From: a bacterium
Lineage (GTDB): Bacteria; Patescibacteriota; Saccharimonadia; UBA4664; JBBRNT01
Reading direction: 5' to 3'
DNA: 64,000 nt
NCBI GenBank assembly: GCA_043767845.1
Contig: JAYUFZ010000006.1
Span: forward strand, 6,726 to 70,725
The notes beneath the pieces are model-generated. The model saw only the letters and a list, made by a program, of their open reading frames with translations. It made no database searches and was not told the origin of the DNA. The position numbers were made by a program, and so were the translations under genes. Positions 9,497-18,782 of the stretch are shown one piece after another; position 1 is the stretch's first letter; each line of letters opens with the position of its first letter.

Positions 9497-9745
9497 GATC
9501 AGGCCATAGACTAGACCGGTTTGTGGTTCGTGAAAGGGGAAGCTAACCAGCGTGAATATAATGCAATACCAGCGGATCTGGCGGGTAATAGTCTCATAAT
9601 CCGGCCCTTTAGCCGTGGCGCGCGCGCTTAACGGCTTTCATGTGGAGTAGAGTATCGGTTCATTACTCTTATACTAGCACTAACTATGACCATGCCAAAG
9701 TGGGCATGTATTATTGCTTGATTGCTGGTATTGTTAGTAGTAATT

Positions 9746-10453
9746 ATGCCGACAAACAACCCCATGAATGAGTCAACGAACCCGCTTATCAAGCTTACTG
9801 GCATCACCAAGAGCTACCGTGATGGAAGTGGTGAGATACTGGCACTTAAGGATGTTAATCTCAGTATTCAGGCTGGCAGCAAAGTGGCTATTATGGGGCC
9901 AAGCGGCAGCGGCAAGAGCACGCTACTGCAGCTCATTGGCGGTTTGGACATCCCTACTACGGGCGAGGTAGTGGTTGATGGCAAACAAGTGCATAGCCAG
10001 AACGATAGCCAGATGAGCGACTACCGCAACCATTATATTGGCTTTATCTTTCAGACTTTTAACTTACAATCTTTCTATAATGCCGCGGAGAACGTTGCCC
10101 TGCCCCTGATCCTCGGCGGTATGCCACCGAAAGAAGCGCTTATTCGGGCTACTGAAGAATTAGCCAAAGTTGGCCTTGGCGATAAAGCTCATCGTATGCC
10201 CGCCCAGCTTTCTGGTGGCGAAATGCAGCGCGTAGCGATCGCCCGGGCCCTGGTGCATCGGCCGAAGGTAATATTAGCCGATGAACCGACGGCCAATCTT
10301 GACAAAGAAAATGCCGAGAATGTGCTTGGCCTTATGGGCCAGCTGGAATTACGCGATCAGGCACTCATCATTGTGACCCATGATGATCGAGTGGCCGCCC
10401 GCTTTGAACGCACCATTACCATCGATCACGGTGAAATACGGGGAGACAAATAG
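9746..10453 (+). CDS. ABC transporter ATP-binding protein (LolD/MacB type)
   Basis: [37 protein letters not shown]. Confidence 0.95.
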   Translation: MPTNNPMNESTNPLIKLTGITKSYRDGSGEILALKDVNLSIQAGSKVAIMGPSGSGKSTLLQLIGGLDIPTTGEVVVDGKQVHSQNDSQMSDYRNHYIGFIFQTFNLQSFYNAAENVALPLILGGMPPKEALIRATEELAKVGLGDKAHRMPAQLSGGEMQRVAIARALVHRPKVILADEPTANLDKENAENVLGLMGQLELRDQALIIVTHDDRVAARFERTITIDHGEIRGDK

Positions 10454-10454
10454 T

Positions 10455-12284
10455 ATGGCAATGCCGCTTTCAGTAGCAATTTCCACCAGCCTGCGTAAAT
10501 ATCGACGCAAGAAATTACGAACCTTCTTCGGCATTGCCCCGACGGTGCTATTGTTTATTTTCATTGTGCTGCTTTCGGGCATAGCCGTCAGCGCTGATAA
10601 ATTTATCCACGATAGGGTGCTCTCCAAGATTGAGCAAAAAGAAGAGGTCTTTGAACTCAGTAAACAGTTTGGTTCGGGAACTGGTCCGGCTATCGCTGAT
10701 CCAAATAGCGACGCAGAGGACCCTACCAACTACTCGCTCGACGACCTAGCTAAGGTCAAAAAGATTAGCCATGTGGTCGATGTCCAGCCCGAGCGGCCAT
10801 TGCCAAATATGCTTGTTGCGACCCAAAGCTTGGTGGCGGGCAAGGAATTACAGCTGACCAATCTGGTTGGCGCCCCCGAAGACTTGGGGCGCCTATATAA
10901 CGCGGTTGACTTTAGCTATACCCCTGGCCAGCCCATCCCAATCATTATTAACCGCAGCATTTTTAACTACAGTAGTCTTGACTTCGCCGGTAAGACCGAT
11001 ATCGCACTTACCCAAAAAGATATGGCCGACCAAGCTAAGCAGCGTGAACTGAGTCCGCTCAAGACCAAGTTTTTGACTGACGACTATCAAAAGAGTGCCT
11101 TGCTCGGGAAAACCTTCTCTGCCACTGCTGGCGGCTTGCCCCGGGTCGCAGCCTACCTGGTAAAGACAACCAATAGCAAAGGCGACTATACCCAAACTTT
11201 CCATTCGTTTACGCCAGCTGAGAAATTGGCTGAGGTCAAGAAACAACGCGACAAGATTACTCCATACTGGGACTTTGATAAGCTTGGCAAAGGGGTGGAA
11301 CTACAGTTCAGAATAGCCGGCTTCAGCGAAAGTCAGGATAATGCTAATGAATATATTCCACTTGAGGCCAGCAGTCTGATTCTACAGCAGCTCTACGACC
11401 TGCAGCGGGCGGCCCGTACCAAGACCGTCATGCCCCAAGAACTCTACAACCTCAACTACAGCGGTTTACGACTCAGCAAGTCCAACCAGCTGTCGGCTAA
11501 TAGCGGCGGTTACTCACCGTATGCCGAGCTACTGCCAGCAAAGTATCAATACGAGGGGCAGTCGCCGACAATGCCCGAACCCATAGCTATCCCCGGCTGG
11601 CTTTACAAGGCCACTACTAAGAATGACGCTGTTACTCTCTCAGAAGTGGATGGTTTTATCATTAAGCCCGACAGCTTGGCGATTAAGGCTCTGGCTGTGC
11701 GGGTCGATGACGCCACTAACGCCGCCAAGGCTCAGAAAGAATTAGTAGCGGCCGGCTATCCGGAAGCCCAAAACACTGGTGGACTCACCAGCACGCTGCG
11801 TGGTTTGCGTAAGGGCCTCAGTACTGCCTTATTCTGGATTGTGGTGGTACTGACCTTTATCAATTCCCTGATTCTCATCTCGACAGTCAGCCGGACGGTA
11901 GCCGACGCGCAGCGTGAGATCGGTGTCTTTCGGGCGCTCGGTGCTAGAAAGCGCGATATCCGCAAGCTCTACGTCGTCTATAGTTCTTTGCAAACGGCTC
12001 TAGGAATTGGGGCGGGATTACTACTTGGGCTACTAGCTGTCTGGCCAGTCAGCAATTTCTTGGCCTCCAAAGCCAAGCTATTTTTACCAATCGATAGCTC
12101 GAGCGGCGAAGGAGCCTTTGGTTTTAACCTGAAGGTCAGCCCAGCGGATTTGCAGCACTTTGACTGGCAGAGGATTATTATCTATAGCCTAGCGCTGCTG
12201 TTTGTGACCATCATAGTCTCACTGATACCGGCGGCTCGGGCAGCGCGCATTAGCCCGGTCGAAGCTATCCGCCGGGCCGACTAG
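10455..12284 (+). CDS. ABC transporter permease (FtsX/MacB-like) with large extracytoplasmic domain
   Basis: 1+3 TM layout, REIGVFRALGA, PAARAARISPVEAIR. Confidence 0.92.
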   Translation: MAMPLSVAISTSLRKYRRKKLRTFFGIAPTVLLFIFIVLLSGIAVSADKFIHDRVLSKIEQKEEVFELSKQFGSGTGPAIADPNSDAEDPTNYSLDDLAKVKKISHVVDVQPERPLPNMLVATQSLVAGKELQLTNLVGAPEDLGRLYNAVDFSYTPGQPIPIIINRSIFNYSSLDFAGKTDIALTQKDMADQAKQRELSPLKTKFLTDDYQKSALLGKTFSATAGGLPRVAAYLVKTTNSKGDYTQTFHSFTPAEKLAEVKKQRDKITPYWDFDKLGKGVELQFRIAGFSESQDNANEYIPLEASSLILQQLYDLQRAARTKTVMPQELYNLNYSGLRLSKSNQLSANSGGYSPYAELLPAKYQYEGQSPTMPEPIAIPGWLYKATTKNDAVTLSEVDGFIIKPDSLAIKALAVRVDDATNAAKAQKELVAAGYPEAQNTGGLTSTLRGLRKGLSTALFWIVVVLTFINSLILISTVSRTVADAQREIGVFRALGARKRDIRKLYVVYSSLQTALGIGAGLLLGLLAVWPVSNFLASKAKLFLPIDSSSGEGAFGFNLKVSPADLQHFDWQRIIIYSLALLFVTIIVSLIPAARAARISPVEAIRRAD

Positions 12285-12288
12285 TAGC

Positions 12289-13104
12289 GTGTCACTGACC
12301 CATAGCCAGTTTTTTCATCGCCTAGAAAGCCTACCACTCGGCAAATTGTGGGTTTTTGGCGTTAAACAAGCTTGGGCGGCGCTGTTTGGCGGGCTCATGT
12401 TGCTGGCGCTTATCGTCACCACCTATCTACCGCTACCCTGGCTGGGTCGCTACGACTGGCTGTTTCTGATAGCAATCGCCATCCAGCTGACTATGCTAGC
12501 CACGGGCCTGGAGCGGCCGCATGAAGTCATAACTATTATGACCTTCCACTTGGTCGGACTCGGTATGGAGCTGTTTAAAACCTCATCGACTATCGCGTCC
12601 TGGTCCTACCCTGGTTATGCCTTCTTTCACGCCGGACATGTACCGCTTTTTTCGGGCTTCATGTACGCGGCGGTTGGTAGCTACATCGCCCGTTCGTGGC
12701 GAGTGTTTGACCTAAAGTTCTCCAGCTATCCCAACAGGCTAGCGACCTTTCTGCTGGCGCTTGCTATTTATATCAATTTTTTCACTCACCACTATATTGT
12801 CGATATTCGTTACCTGCTGTTTGGCGTAATCCTGTATCTCTACGGCCGGGTAATGGTGAGTTATAAGCTCAACTTCCGGGTCCACCGGATGCCGATCGTG
12901 CTCGGCTTTGTGTTAATCGCGTTCTTCATTTGGTTAGCAGAAAATATTGCGACCTACGCTCGGATCTGGATCTATCCCAACCAACTGAGCCATTGGCGCT
13001 TAGTCGATATTAGTAAGCTTGGTTCGTGGCTGCTGCTTATGATCATTAGCTTCATCTTGGTCGACCTTTTGCAGTACTTGCGGACCAAATACCAGGCTCA
13101 CTAA
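12289..13104 (+). CDS. DUF817 (YoaT-like) membrane protein
   Basis: RYDWLF, FHLVGLGMELFK, VPLFSGFMYAAVGSY, FIWLAENIAT, KLGSW. Confidence 0.88.
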   Translation: MSLTHSQFFHRLESLPLGKLWVFGVKQAWAALFGGLMLLALIVTTYLPLPWLGRYDWLFLIAIAIQLTMLATGLERPHEVITIMTFHLVGLGMELFKTSSTIASWSYPGYAFFHAGHVPLFSGFMYAAVGSYIARSWRVFDLKFSSYPNRLATFLLALAIYINFFTHHYIVDIRYLLFGVILYLYGRVMVSYKLNFRVHRMPIVLGFVLIAFFIWLAENIATYARIWIYPNQLSHWRLVDISKLGSWLLLMIISFILVDLLQYLRTKYQAH

Positions 13105-13137
13105 GAAAGAGACCCAACGGGTCTCTTTCTTAGTGAG
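13097..13137. terminator. 19-bp perfect hairpin, probably a bidirectional terminator
   Basis: CTCACTAAGAAAGAGACCC-aac-GGGTCTCTTTCTTAGTGAG. Confidence 0.8.
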
Positions 13138-13385
13138 AAACAATCTACTTATTTGATTGTTATGGCTGTGTTGGTTGTTGATGAGAACCCCTCTCAACCG
13201 TTCATTAGTAAGTCTCAGGCCACGCCGAACCGTTTGCGGTGCCGTGGGACGCAATAGTGCGCACTTCCAAAATCTCTCACTCGAGCTGTAGCCAAAGCTC
13301 AACTGCTAGGTCTAAAACACTGAAAGCGGGAAGAGGCCTGTCCCGTGAGGTTACAGGGGTGCGATTATAGTTTATAATATGGCCA

Positions 13386-13769
13386 ATGGGAAAAAACCAA
13401 CTTAGCAAAAGACAGATTGAAAACGAAGTTGTCTTTCGACGCGCCAATGAACGCGTCGAGCGTGGTATCGAGCACGAGAAGGCGGTTGCTCTGGAAAACG
13501 GTGATGATATTTCCGATCTCGATAACACACCGCTGCACTTTTACTGCGAATGTTCAGATGAAAACTGCAAAGAGCGAATTGTAATGACTCTAGGCGAATA
13601 CAAGACGCTCCATATCAATCGTAAGCAATTCATTATTAGTCCCGGCCACGAAGTACCGCGCATCGAGGATACGGTCAAGGAAAAAGCTCGCTATAGTGTT
13701 GTTAAAAAGCATTTTGTCCCACCAGAGGATATTACGGACTTGCAGCATACTAGTACTGGGAACGTCTAG
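13386..13769 (+). CDS. Hypothetical protein with putative metal-binding CECxxxxC...H motif
   Basis: ENEVVFRRANE, FYCECSDENC, PGHE; TATAAT 7 nt upstream of ATG. Confidence 0.82.
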   Translation: MGKNQLSKRQIENEVVFRRANERVERGIEHEKAVALENGDDISDLDNTPLHFYCECSDENCKERIVMTLGEYKTLHINRKQFIISPGHEVPRIEDTVKEKARYSVVKKHFVPPEDITDLQHTSTGNV

Positions 13770-13903
13770 TGGTGAGCGAGCAGTTTTAAGACAAGTGTCA
13801 GAAAAATGCTCAGCACAACACTGGTAAGCCAAAACACTTTAATAATAATCCGGCCAGACTGGTTATCCTCGGTGTACCTGCCGTTGGCGTATTTAATTCT
13901 CAT
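13766..13903 (-). CDS. 45-aa single-TM protein, DUF2905-like (absent from the ORF track)
   Basis: GAGGTG RBS; MRIKYANGRYTEDNQSGRIIIKVFWLTSVVLSIFLTLVLKLLAHH; stop overlaps the convergent gene's stop. Confidence 0.6.
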   Translation of the reverse strand: MRIKYANGRYTEDNQSGRIIIKVFWLTSVVLSIFLTLVLKLLAHH

Positions 13904-14016
13904 CTTTCACCTCATATTCATGGCAATGCGTGGAGCTTACTAGCTTGGGCGCAGGCTGGCTGTAAAAAATAACACACCGAGTCGCCGTTGCAGCCGCTAA
14001 CTGCTATGATGCTTGT

Positions 14017-14454
14017 ATGAAAGTACTCTTCGTTTGCCATTACAATGTTGGCCGCAGCCAGATGGCGGCGGCTATCTACAATAAATTGACTGGCGGCCAG
14101 GATGCCGATTCGGCAGGTACCGAGGTCGATAAGCCGGGGCAAACGCTTGCCCAGCGCAAACTCGAGCACACCGAGGAAACGAAGCACCTCTACACCTTTG
14201 ATGTGATGAAAGAAGTTGGCATCGACGTTTCCGGCAACATCAGGACGCGCCTTTCCGAGGCTATGCTTACAGGCTATGACAAAGTCGTCAATATGGCCGA
14301 GCCAGAGAACACACCAGATTGGCTTAGCAAGGCCGCGGGTTATGAGTACTGGCCGGTGCCAGACCCGGGTGGCATAAGCTATGATCTAACCAAGCAGGCG
14401 CGCGACGATATCAAGATTCGCGTCGAAAATCTGATCACCCAACACCCGAAGTAG
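14017..14454 (+). CDS. Low-molecular-weight phosphatase / ArsC family protein
   Basis: VLFVCHYNVGRSQMA (CX5R P-loop), SAGT, WPVPDP. Confidence 0.9.
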   Translation: MKVLFVCHYNVGRSQMAAAIYNKLTGGQDADSAGTEVDKPGQTLAQRKLEHTEETKHLYTFDVMKEVGIDVSGNIRTRLSEAMLTGYDKVVNMAEPENTPDWLSKAAGYEYWPVPDPGGISYDLTKQARDDIKIRVENLITQHPK

Positions 14455-14492
14455 CATAGGAGAATTGGAGTCAAGGCGAGTATAATCAAGCT

Positions 14493-15353
14493 ATGCATTT
14501 ACCCCATGATCTCGACTACCGCCCACTGCGTTTTTTCGACGCTGTGCTCATATTTCGAATCTGGGTAAAGCGACTACGACTTATCGCCGTACGCGTCGGT
14601 TTGGTCGCACTTATTGTCTGGGCTGGGGTATTTATTTGGCAGCATCCAGAATTTCATGATGTGAGCACTGGCGGCGGGGGGACTATCGACCTGGGGAGTG
14701 TCTTCGCTGCGATATTTGTCTACTGGCTACTCACCATAATAGGCACAGCGCTGGCTTGGATGCGGTTCGCCAGCGCCAATCGGCTGGTGGTCCAGACGGC
14801 TGAAGAGTCTGCTGAGCTAACCGGCCGGACAAGCTTTTTGCGACACTTTTCTATCGGCATGATGCCCATAAAAATGGGCGGTTGGCTGTTTGGCGCGCAG
14901 CTTTACAAAGAGGGCGGAGTTATTCGCTGGCGCGAGTACCACGCCGATCTCTGGTTGCGATACCGGCTAGAGGACTCATACAATTTGCCGCACATGGTAC
15001 TCGATGCTCGCCCCAGAGACAAGCAAAAGGCTGCCAATATCCACGCTCGGCTCGCGGGTCTGCAAGAGTTTACGCCAGAGGGTCAGGCTGGTAAGGAGTA
15101 TCGGATATTCGCTGAAAGCGGCCATCAGTCTGACGCGCTTGTCATCTTCACCCCAGATGTGCTAGCGTTGCTGCTCGACAAGTTGCCCGGCGTTGATGTT
15201 GAGCTGAATGGCCGCGATGTTTGGTTTGTGCTGCGCAACCCTCGACTCCAAACCAGCTCGGCTGAAAACTTCATAGTCGGGGTAGACGCTGTTTCGAGTA
15301 AGCTTGAGAAGCAGCTCGGATCGCTTACTGGAAAGCGGACACCCGTAAACTAG
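14493..15353 (+). CDS. Membrane-anchored hypothetical protein
   Basis: Two N-terminal TMs plus soluble domain (ALVIFTPDVLALL); TATAAT 6 nt upstream. Confidence 0.8.
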   Translation: MHLPHDLDYRPLRFFDAVLIFRIWVKRLRLIAVRVGLVALIVWAGVFIWQHPEFHDVSTGGGGTIDLGSVFAAIFVYWLLTIIGTALAWMRFASANRLVVQTAEESAELTGRTSFLRHFSIGMMPIKMGGWLFGAQLYKEGGVIRWREYHADLWLRYRLEDSYNLPHMVLDARPRDKQKAANIHARLAGLQEFTPEGQAGKEYRIFAESGHQSDALVIFTPDVLALLLDKLPGVDVELNGRDVWFVLRNPRLQTSSAENFIVGVDAVSSKLEKQLGSLTGKRTPVN

Positions 15354-15404
15354 ACTAAGTTCACAACTCCCGTGCCCTAAACTGATCCAGAAAGTAGCTA
15401 CCAA

Positions 15405-15659
15405 ATGCGATTTTTCAAAGACAAAGCCGGCAAATACAAGCTCTGGCAAAGGCCTAATGTGCCTCTATCCGCCTGGTTCTTTTTTATGTTGATCTCGAGA
15501 TTTGTGCCGATGGCCCACATCCAATCCCTATCACAGTTTCTTTCGACAGCCTTTTTATTTACCTGGGCATACTTGGAAATCACCAGCGGGGCGAGCTACT
15601 TTAGGCGCCTACTCGGCTTGGTGATAATTGCCGGTATTATCGCCTCGCACGCTGGTTAA
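15405..15659 (+). CDS. Small membrane protein
   Basis: FFKDKAGK..LWQRPN, WAYLEITSGASYFRRLLG. Confidence 0.78.
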   Translation: MRFFKDKAGKYKLWQRPNVPLSAWFFFMLISRFVPMAHIQSLSQFLSTAFLFTWAYLEITSGASYFRRLLGLVIIAGIIASHAG

Positions 15660-15695
15660 CCTGGCCGATTGCTGGAGTTGTAGTATTATTATGCT

Positions 15696-16067
15696 ATGAA
15701 GCAACCTCTCCTGTACCTGCGACTTGAAGGCCTGGCCATTTTCCTGGGAAGTATATTATTCTATGCCGAATTCGGTTTCGGCTGGTTGATGTTTGCCGGG
15801 CTATTACTGATAGTCGATCTGTCGATGCTCGGATATGTGAGTAGCCCTAAACTGGGCGCTCATATCTACAATATCGGGCACAGTTTGACGCTGCCGCTGG
15901 TGCTTTTGATCTATAGTTACACGCATGGGCTGCCGCTACTCGCCAGCTGGGCGCTCATCTGGGCGGCGCACATTGGCATGGACCGTGCCTTGGGCTATGG
16001 GCTCAAATTTAGCGACTCCTTCCAGCACACCCATCTAGGCACCATCGGTCGCCAGAAGCAGCCATGA
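15696..16067 (+). CDS. DUF4260 family membrane protein
   Basis: LRLEG, DLSMLGY, YNIGH, HIGMDRALGYGLK, FQHTHLG. Confidence 0.9.
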   Translation: MKQPLLYLRLEGLAIFLGSILFYAEFGFGWLMFAGLLLIVDLSMLGYVSSPKLGAHIYNIGHSLTLPLVLLIYSYTHGLPLLASWALIWAAHIGMDRALGYGLKFSDSFQHTHLGTIGRQKQP

Positions 16068-16609
16068 AAACGCGCTACGTAGCCTTTCTTCGTGGCATCA
16101 ATGTCGGCGGCCACAATGTTTCGATGGAGCATCTGAGGGGGTTGATCTCCGACCTCGGTTTGAGCGAAGTGCGCAGCTACATCCAGACCGGCAATATTTT
16201 CTTTGATGCTGAGTCCAGTGACCAGCACGGCTTAAGCCAAAAGGTTTACAGCCTTCTGGAAGCTAAGCTTGGCTACCGTGTGCCGACTTTTGTGCTCACC
16301 ATTGACGAGCTGGAGCACATTATTAACGCAGCACCATTTGGATCAATCGAGCTTACCGATGACACTCGCCATATGATTGTCTTTATCAATAAACCGCTCC
16401 CCCAAGGCACAAGCTATCCCTTGCTTTCCCCAAAAGGCGACTTTGAGGTGGTGGGCGCGACTGATGACGCCGCTTACGTAGTTGTCCATTTAACCAACGG
16501 CAAATTCCCCAGCTCCAATTTTCTAGAGAAAAACTTTGGGCTAGAAACCACTGGCCGCTTTTACCACACGGCTATCAAGATACTGGCGGCTGCCCAGACT
16601 GCTAGTTAA
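16064..16609 (+). CDS. DUF1697 family protein
   Basis: YVAFLRGINVGG, VRSYIQTGNIFF. Confidence 0.92.
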   Translation: MKTRYVAFLRGINVGGHNVSMEHLRGLISDLGLSEVRSYIQTGNIFFDAESSDQHGLSQKVYSLLEAKLGYRVPTFVLTIDELEHIINAAPFGSIELTDDTRHMIVFINKPLPQGTSYPLLSPKGDFEVVGATDDAAYVVVHLTNGKFPSSNFLEKNFGLETTGRFYHTAIKILAAAQTAS

Positions 16610-18587
16610 CGCCTGAGACTTCGTAGGTATCGGGCGTGCCCGCTTTTTTCTGCGAATCGGCTGTATTCTCCAGGTGCCCTTGCAGGTAGTAGGATCCGCA
16701 GGGTTTGGTGTTGCATTTGGCGCCGGCTCCGTTGGGGCCAACGGTAGCTTGGTAAGTATAGACGTAGGTACCGGTGTTTTTTGGGTCAACTGGCATGGCC
16801 GGCAAGTAGGCGGTTACCAAGGCACTTGAGAGATTTACATAGGATGAGCCTGGAGGATAGCTGTTTTCATCGTTAAAGTAGGTCTCCAGCGCGTTTTTGA
16901 CAGCCCGCAGGTCGGATTTACGCTGGGCATCACGGGCTCGGGCGGCACTGGAGCTTGACGAGCTATCCGGTGAGCTCACCGGGTGGACTTGGTATGGGCC
17001 GCCGCTCTCTAGGCAGGCGCTGAGTACATAGTCACGCTTCGTTGCGGTGACGGCGTAGGCGGCCGAGAAAGTATTGCTAGTGATGGGAGAGGCGCAGGCC
17101 GCCGCTAGAGCGTATTTGTTCCCAAGGTTGGATGTAGCCGACGCCCCAGTATCATAGGCCGTAAGCATGCTATCGACAGCGGCCGGGGTGGCTGGATACA
17201 CGCCGCCATTGTTTGAGGCGTATTGTTCAAGGTATGAGACCATCCGGCCAGCATCATTTTTGCGGGCAAGGTCGCGGCCAGCGGCAGTGTTTGGATCGGC
17301 AGAGCTTGACTCATCGATAGTGCCCCCAAAAAAGAGTGAGATTAAATCCTCAATCGGCTTGGCATTGGCTGGGGCGGTGATGGTTACTGGCTTATTGTAA
17401 GCACTGGTGTCCAAGCTGAGCTCGGCCGTTGCCTTTTCGGCCGCCTTGGTGGTAGTAGTAGTGACATGCACGGTGAGTCGGTCAAAACCGCCGCTCGTCC
17501 ATAGATCGTAGTCGACAGCCAGGTCCTTGAAGTCGTCGGCCGTCAGGTTGATCTTACAGTCGGCAGACAGATCCTTATTGGCCTTGTCGACAGCGTCTTT
17601 GAGGCCTGCGAAGTCCAAAGACGCCTTAAAATGTGTTACCAGATGGCCGTCGATTTTTTCGAATAGGCCAACTCGCTTCGAGTTTTTGAGCGGTAATTGA
17701 GTGAGGATTTGATTACCCAGGAATGATCCAGAGCCACCTTTTTTGGTAGATAGGCATTTATTTGCTTGGGTGGTCTGGCTATCGATCGGCACTTTGTACC
17801 AGTCTTTAAGGATTTGGACTGGTAGAAAACTACTTAGTACCCCGACGCTTTCAATCTTGAAGTAAAGGTTTTTATCGGTGGTAAGTATTTCTCCTTTGAC
17901 CGATCCATTGGTACTGCCGCTGGTGGCCGCTGCCAAAGTGTTTGTGCTGCCGCCATTGCTTAGGTCGCCGTCAAGCTTGAGGTCGAGCTTAGGGTTGGTC
18001 AGATCTTTAATGTCGTAGGCGCCATTGAGCTTCACATGTAATTTATAATCGCTGGTGGTCGAGCTAACAGTGCCGTTGAAAAGTCCAGTTTTGCTCATTG
18101 AAACTTTTACCAGGTAGTCTGCCAGGGCCTGCTTGGGAGCGATGAAAAGTCCGTGATATGCAAGTGCGCCACTAGCCACCAGTAAGACTACTACAAGGCC
18201 GAGGATCAGCCACTTGAGGCCGGGTTTAGCCTTGAGCGGGACGGGTGGGAGCATGGCGGAGACATTGCTCTGCGTCCAGTTGACTGGGGTGGCAACCACT
18301 TGTCCAGGTACCGAAACGGGCGACTGTGCGGTCGTGGGAGGTGTAGATGAAGGCTGTGTTGGGAGTATTGGCTGGGAGTAAGGTACGGCTGGAGCCGCGG
18401 CGATCGGTAAAGCCTGCGGGCTGACTGTTGGGTGGGTGATAGCTGGTGTCATGGCCGCGGGAGCGACGGGCGGGGCAGCTGGGGGCGGTTGCAGTGTGTT
18501 AGCAGGCGGGGGCGTAGTGGGCAGTTGAGCGGGCGGTTCTACGGACGGCGTGGGCGTGGTACTTGGTACGGCTGGTTCTGGAGGCAT
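16602..18587 (-). CDS. Pro-rich membrane-anchored protein with beta-rich domain and two C-terminal type IV pilin/GspG-like heads
   Basis: Pro/Thr-rich N-terminus, TM, LppX-like beta region, RDLARKND..LEQY...YP and RDAQRKSD..ALETY...YP..MPVDP. Confidence 0.8.
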   Translation of the reverse strand: MPPEPAVPSTTPTPSVEPPAQLPTTPPPANTLQPPPAAPPVAPAAMTPAITHPTVSPQALPIAAAPAVPYSQPILPTQPSSTPPTTAQSPVSVPGQVVATPVNWTQSNVSAMLPPVPLKAKPGLKWLILGLVVVLLVASGALAYHGLFIAPKQALADYLVKVSMSKTGLFNGTVSSTTSDYKLHVKLNGAYDIKDLTNPKLDLKLDGDLSNGGSTNTLAAATSGSTNGSVKGEILTTDKNLYFKIESVGVLSSFLPVQILKDWYKVPIDSQTTQANKCLSTKKGGSGSFLGNQILTQLPLKNSKRVGLFEKIDGHLVTHFKASLDFAGLKDAVDKANKDLSADCKINLTADDFKDLAVDYDLWTSGGFDRLTVHVTTTTTKAAEKATAELSLDTSAYNKPVTITAPANAKPIEDLISLFFGGTIDESSSADPNTAAGRDLARKNDAGRMVSYLEQYASNNGGVYPATPAAVDSMLTAYDTGASATSNLGNKYALAAACASPITSNTFSAAYAVTATKRDYVLSACLESGGPYQVHPVSSPDSSSSSSAARARDAQRKSDLRAVKNALETYFNDENSYPPGSSYVNLSSALVTAYLPAMPVDPKNTGTYVYTYQATVGPNGAGAKCNTKPCGSYYLQGHLENTADSQKKAGTPDTYEVSGVN

Positions 18588-18782
18588 GCTGACCCTAAAT
18601 TACTTATGCTTATTGTCTGCTTGATTACGCTCAGCGTCAAATTAGCTGACCAGCAATAAATACTTGCAAAATTAGCCAAAACATTGTAAAATACGTGGCG
18701 ACTTCCGCTTCCGGCGGGTAGTTCCTTCACCCACGCACAAGCGTGCCAACAGAAAGCTGCTTGCTTGAAAACACAGCGTCCC

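Noticed and set aside
9638-9640. TGA recoding (code 25) as explanation for the kinase 5' anomaly
   Set aside because: TGA terminates genes in ATGA overlaps elsewhere, and read-through meets TAG without finding a start codon
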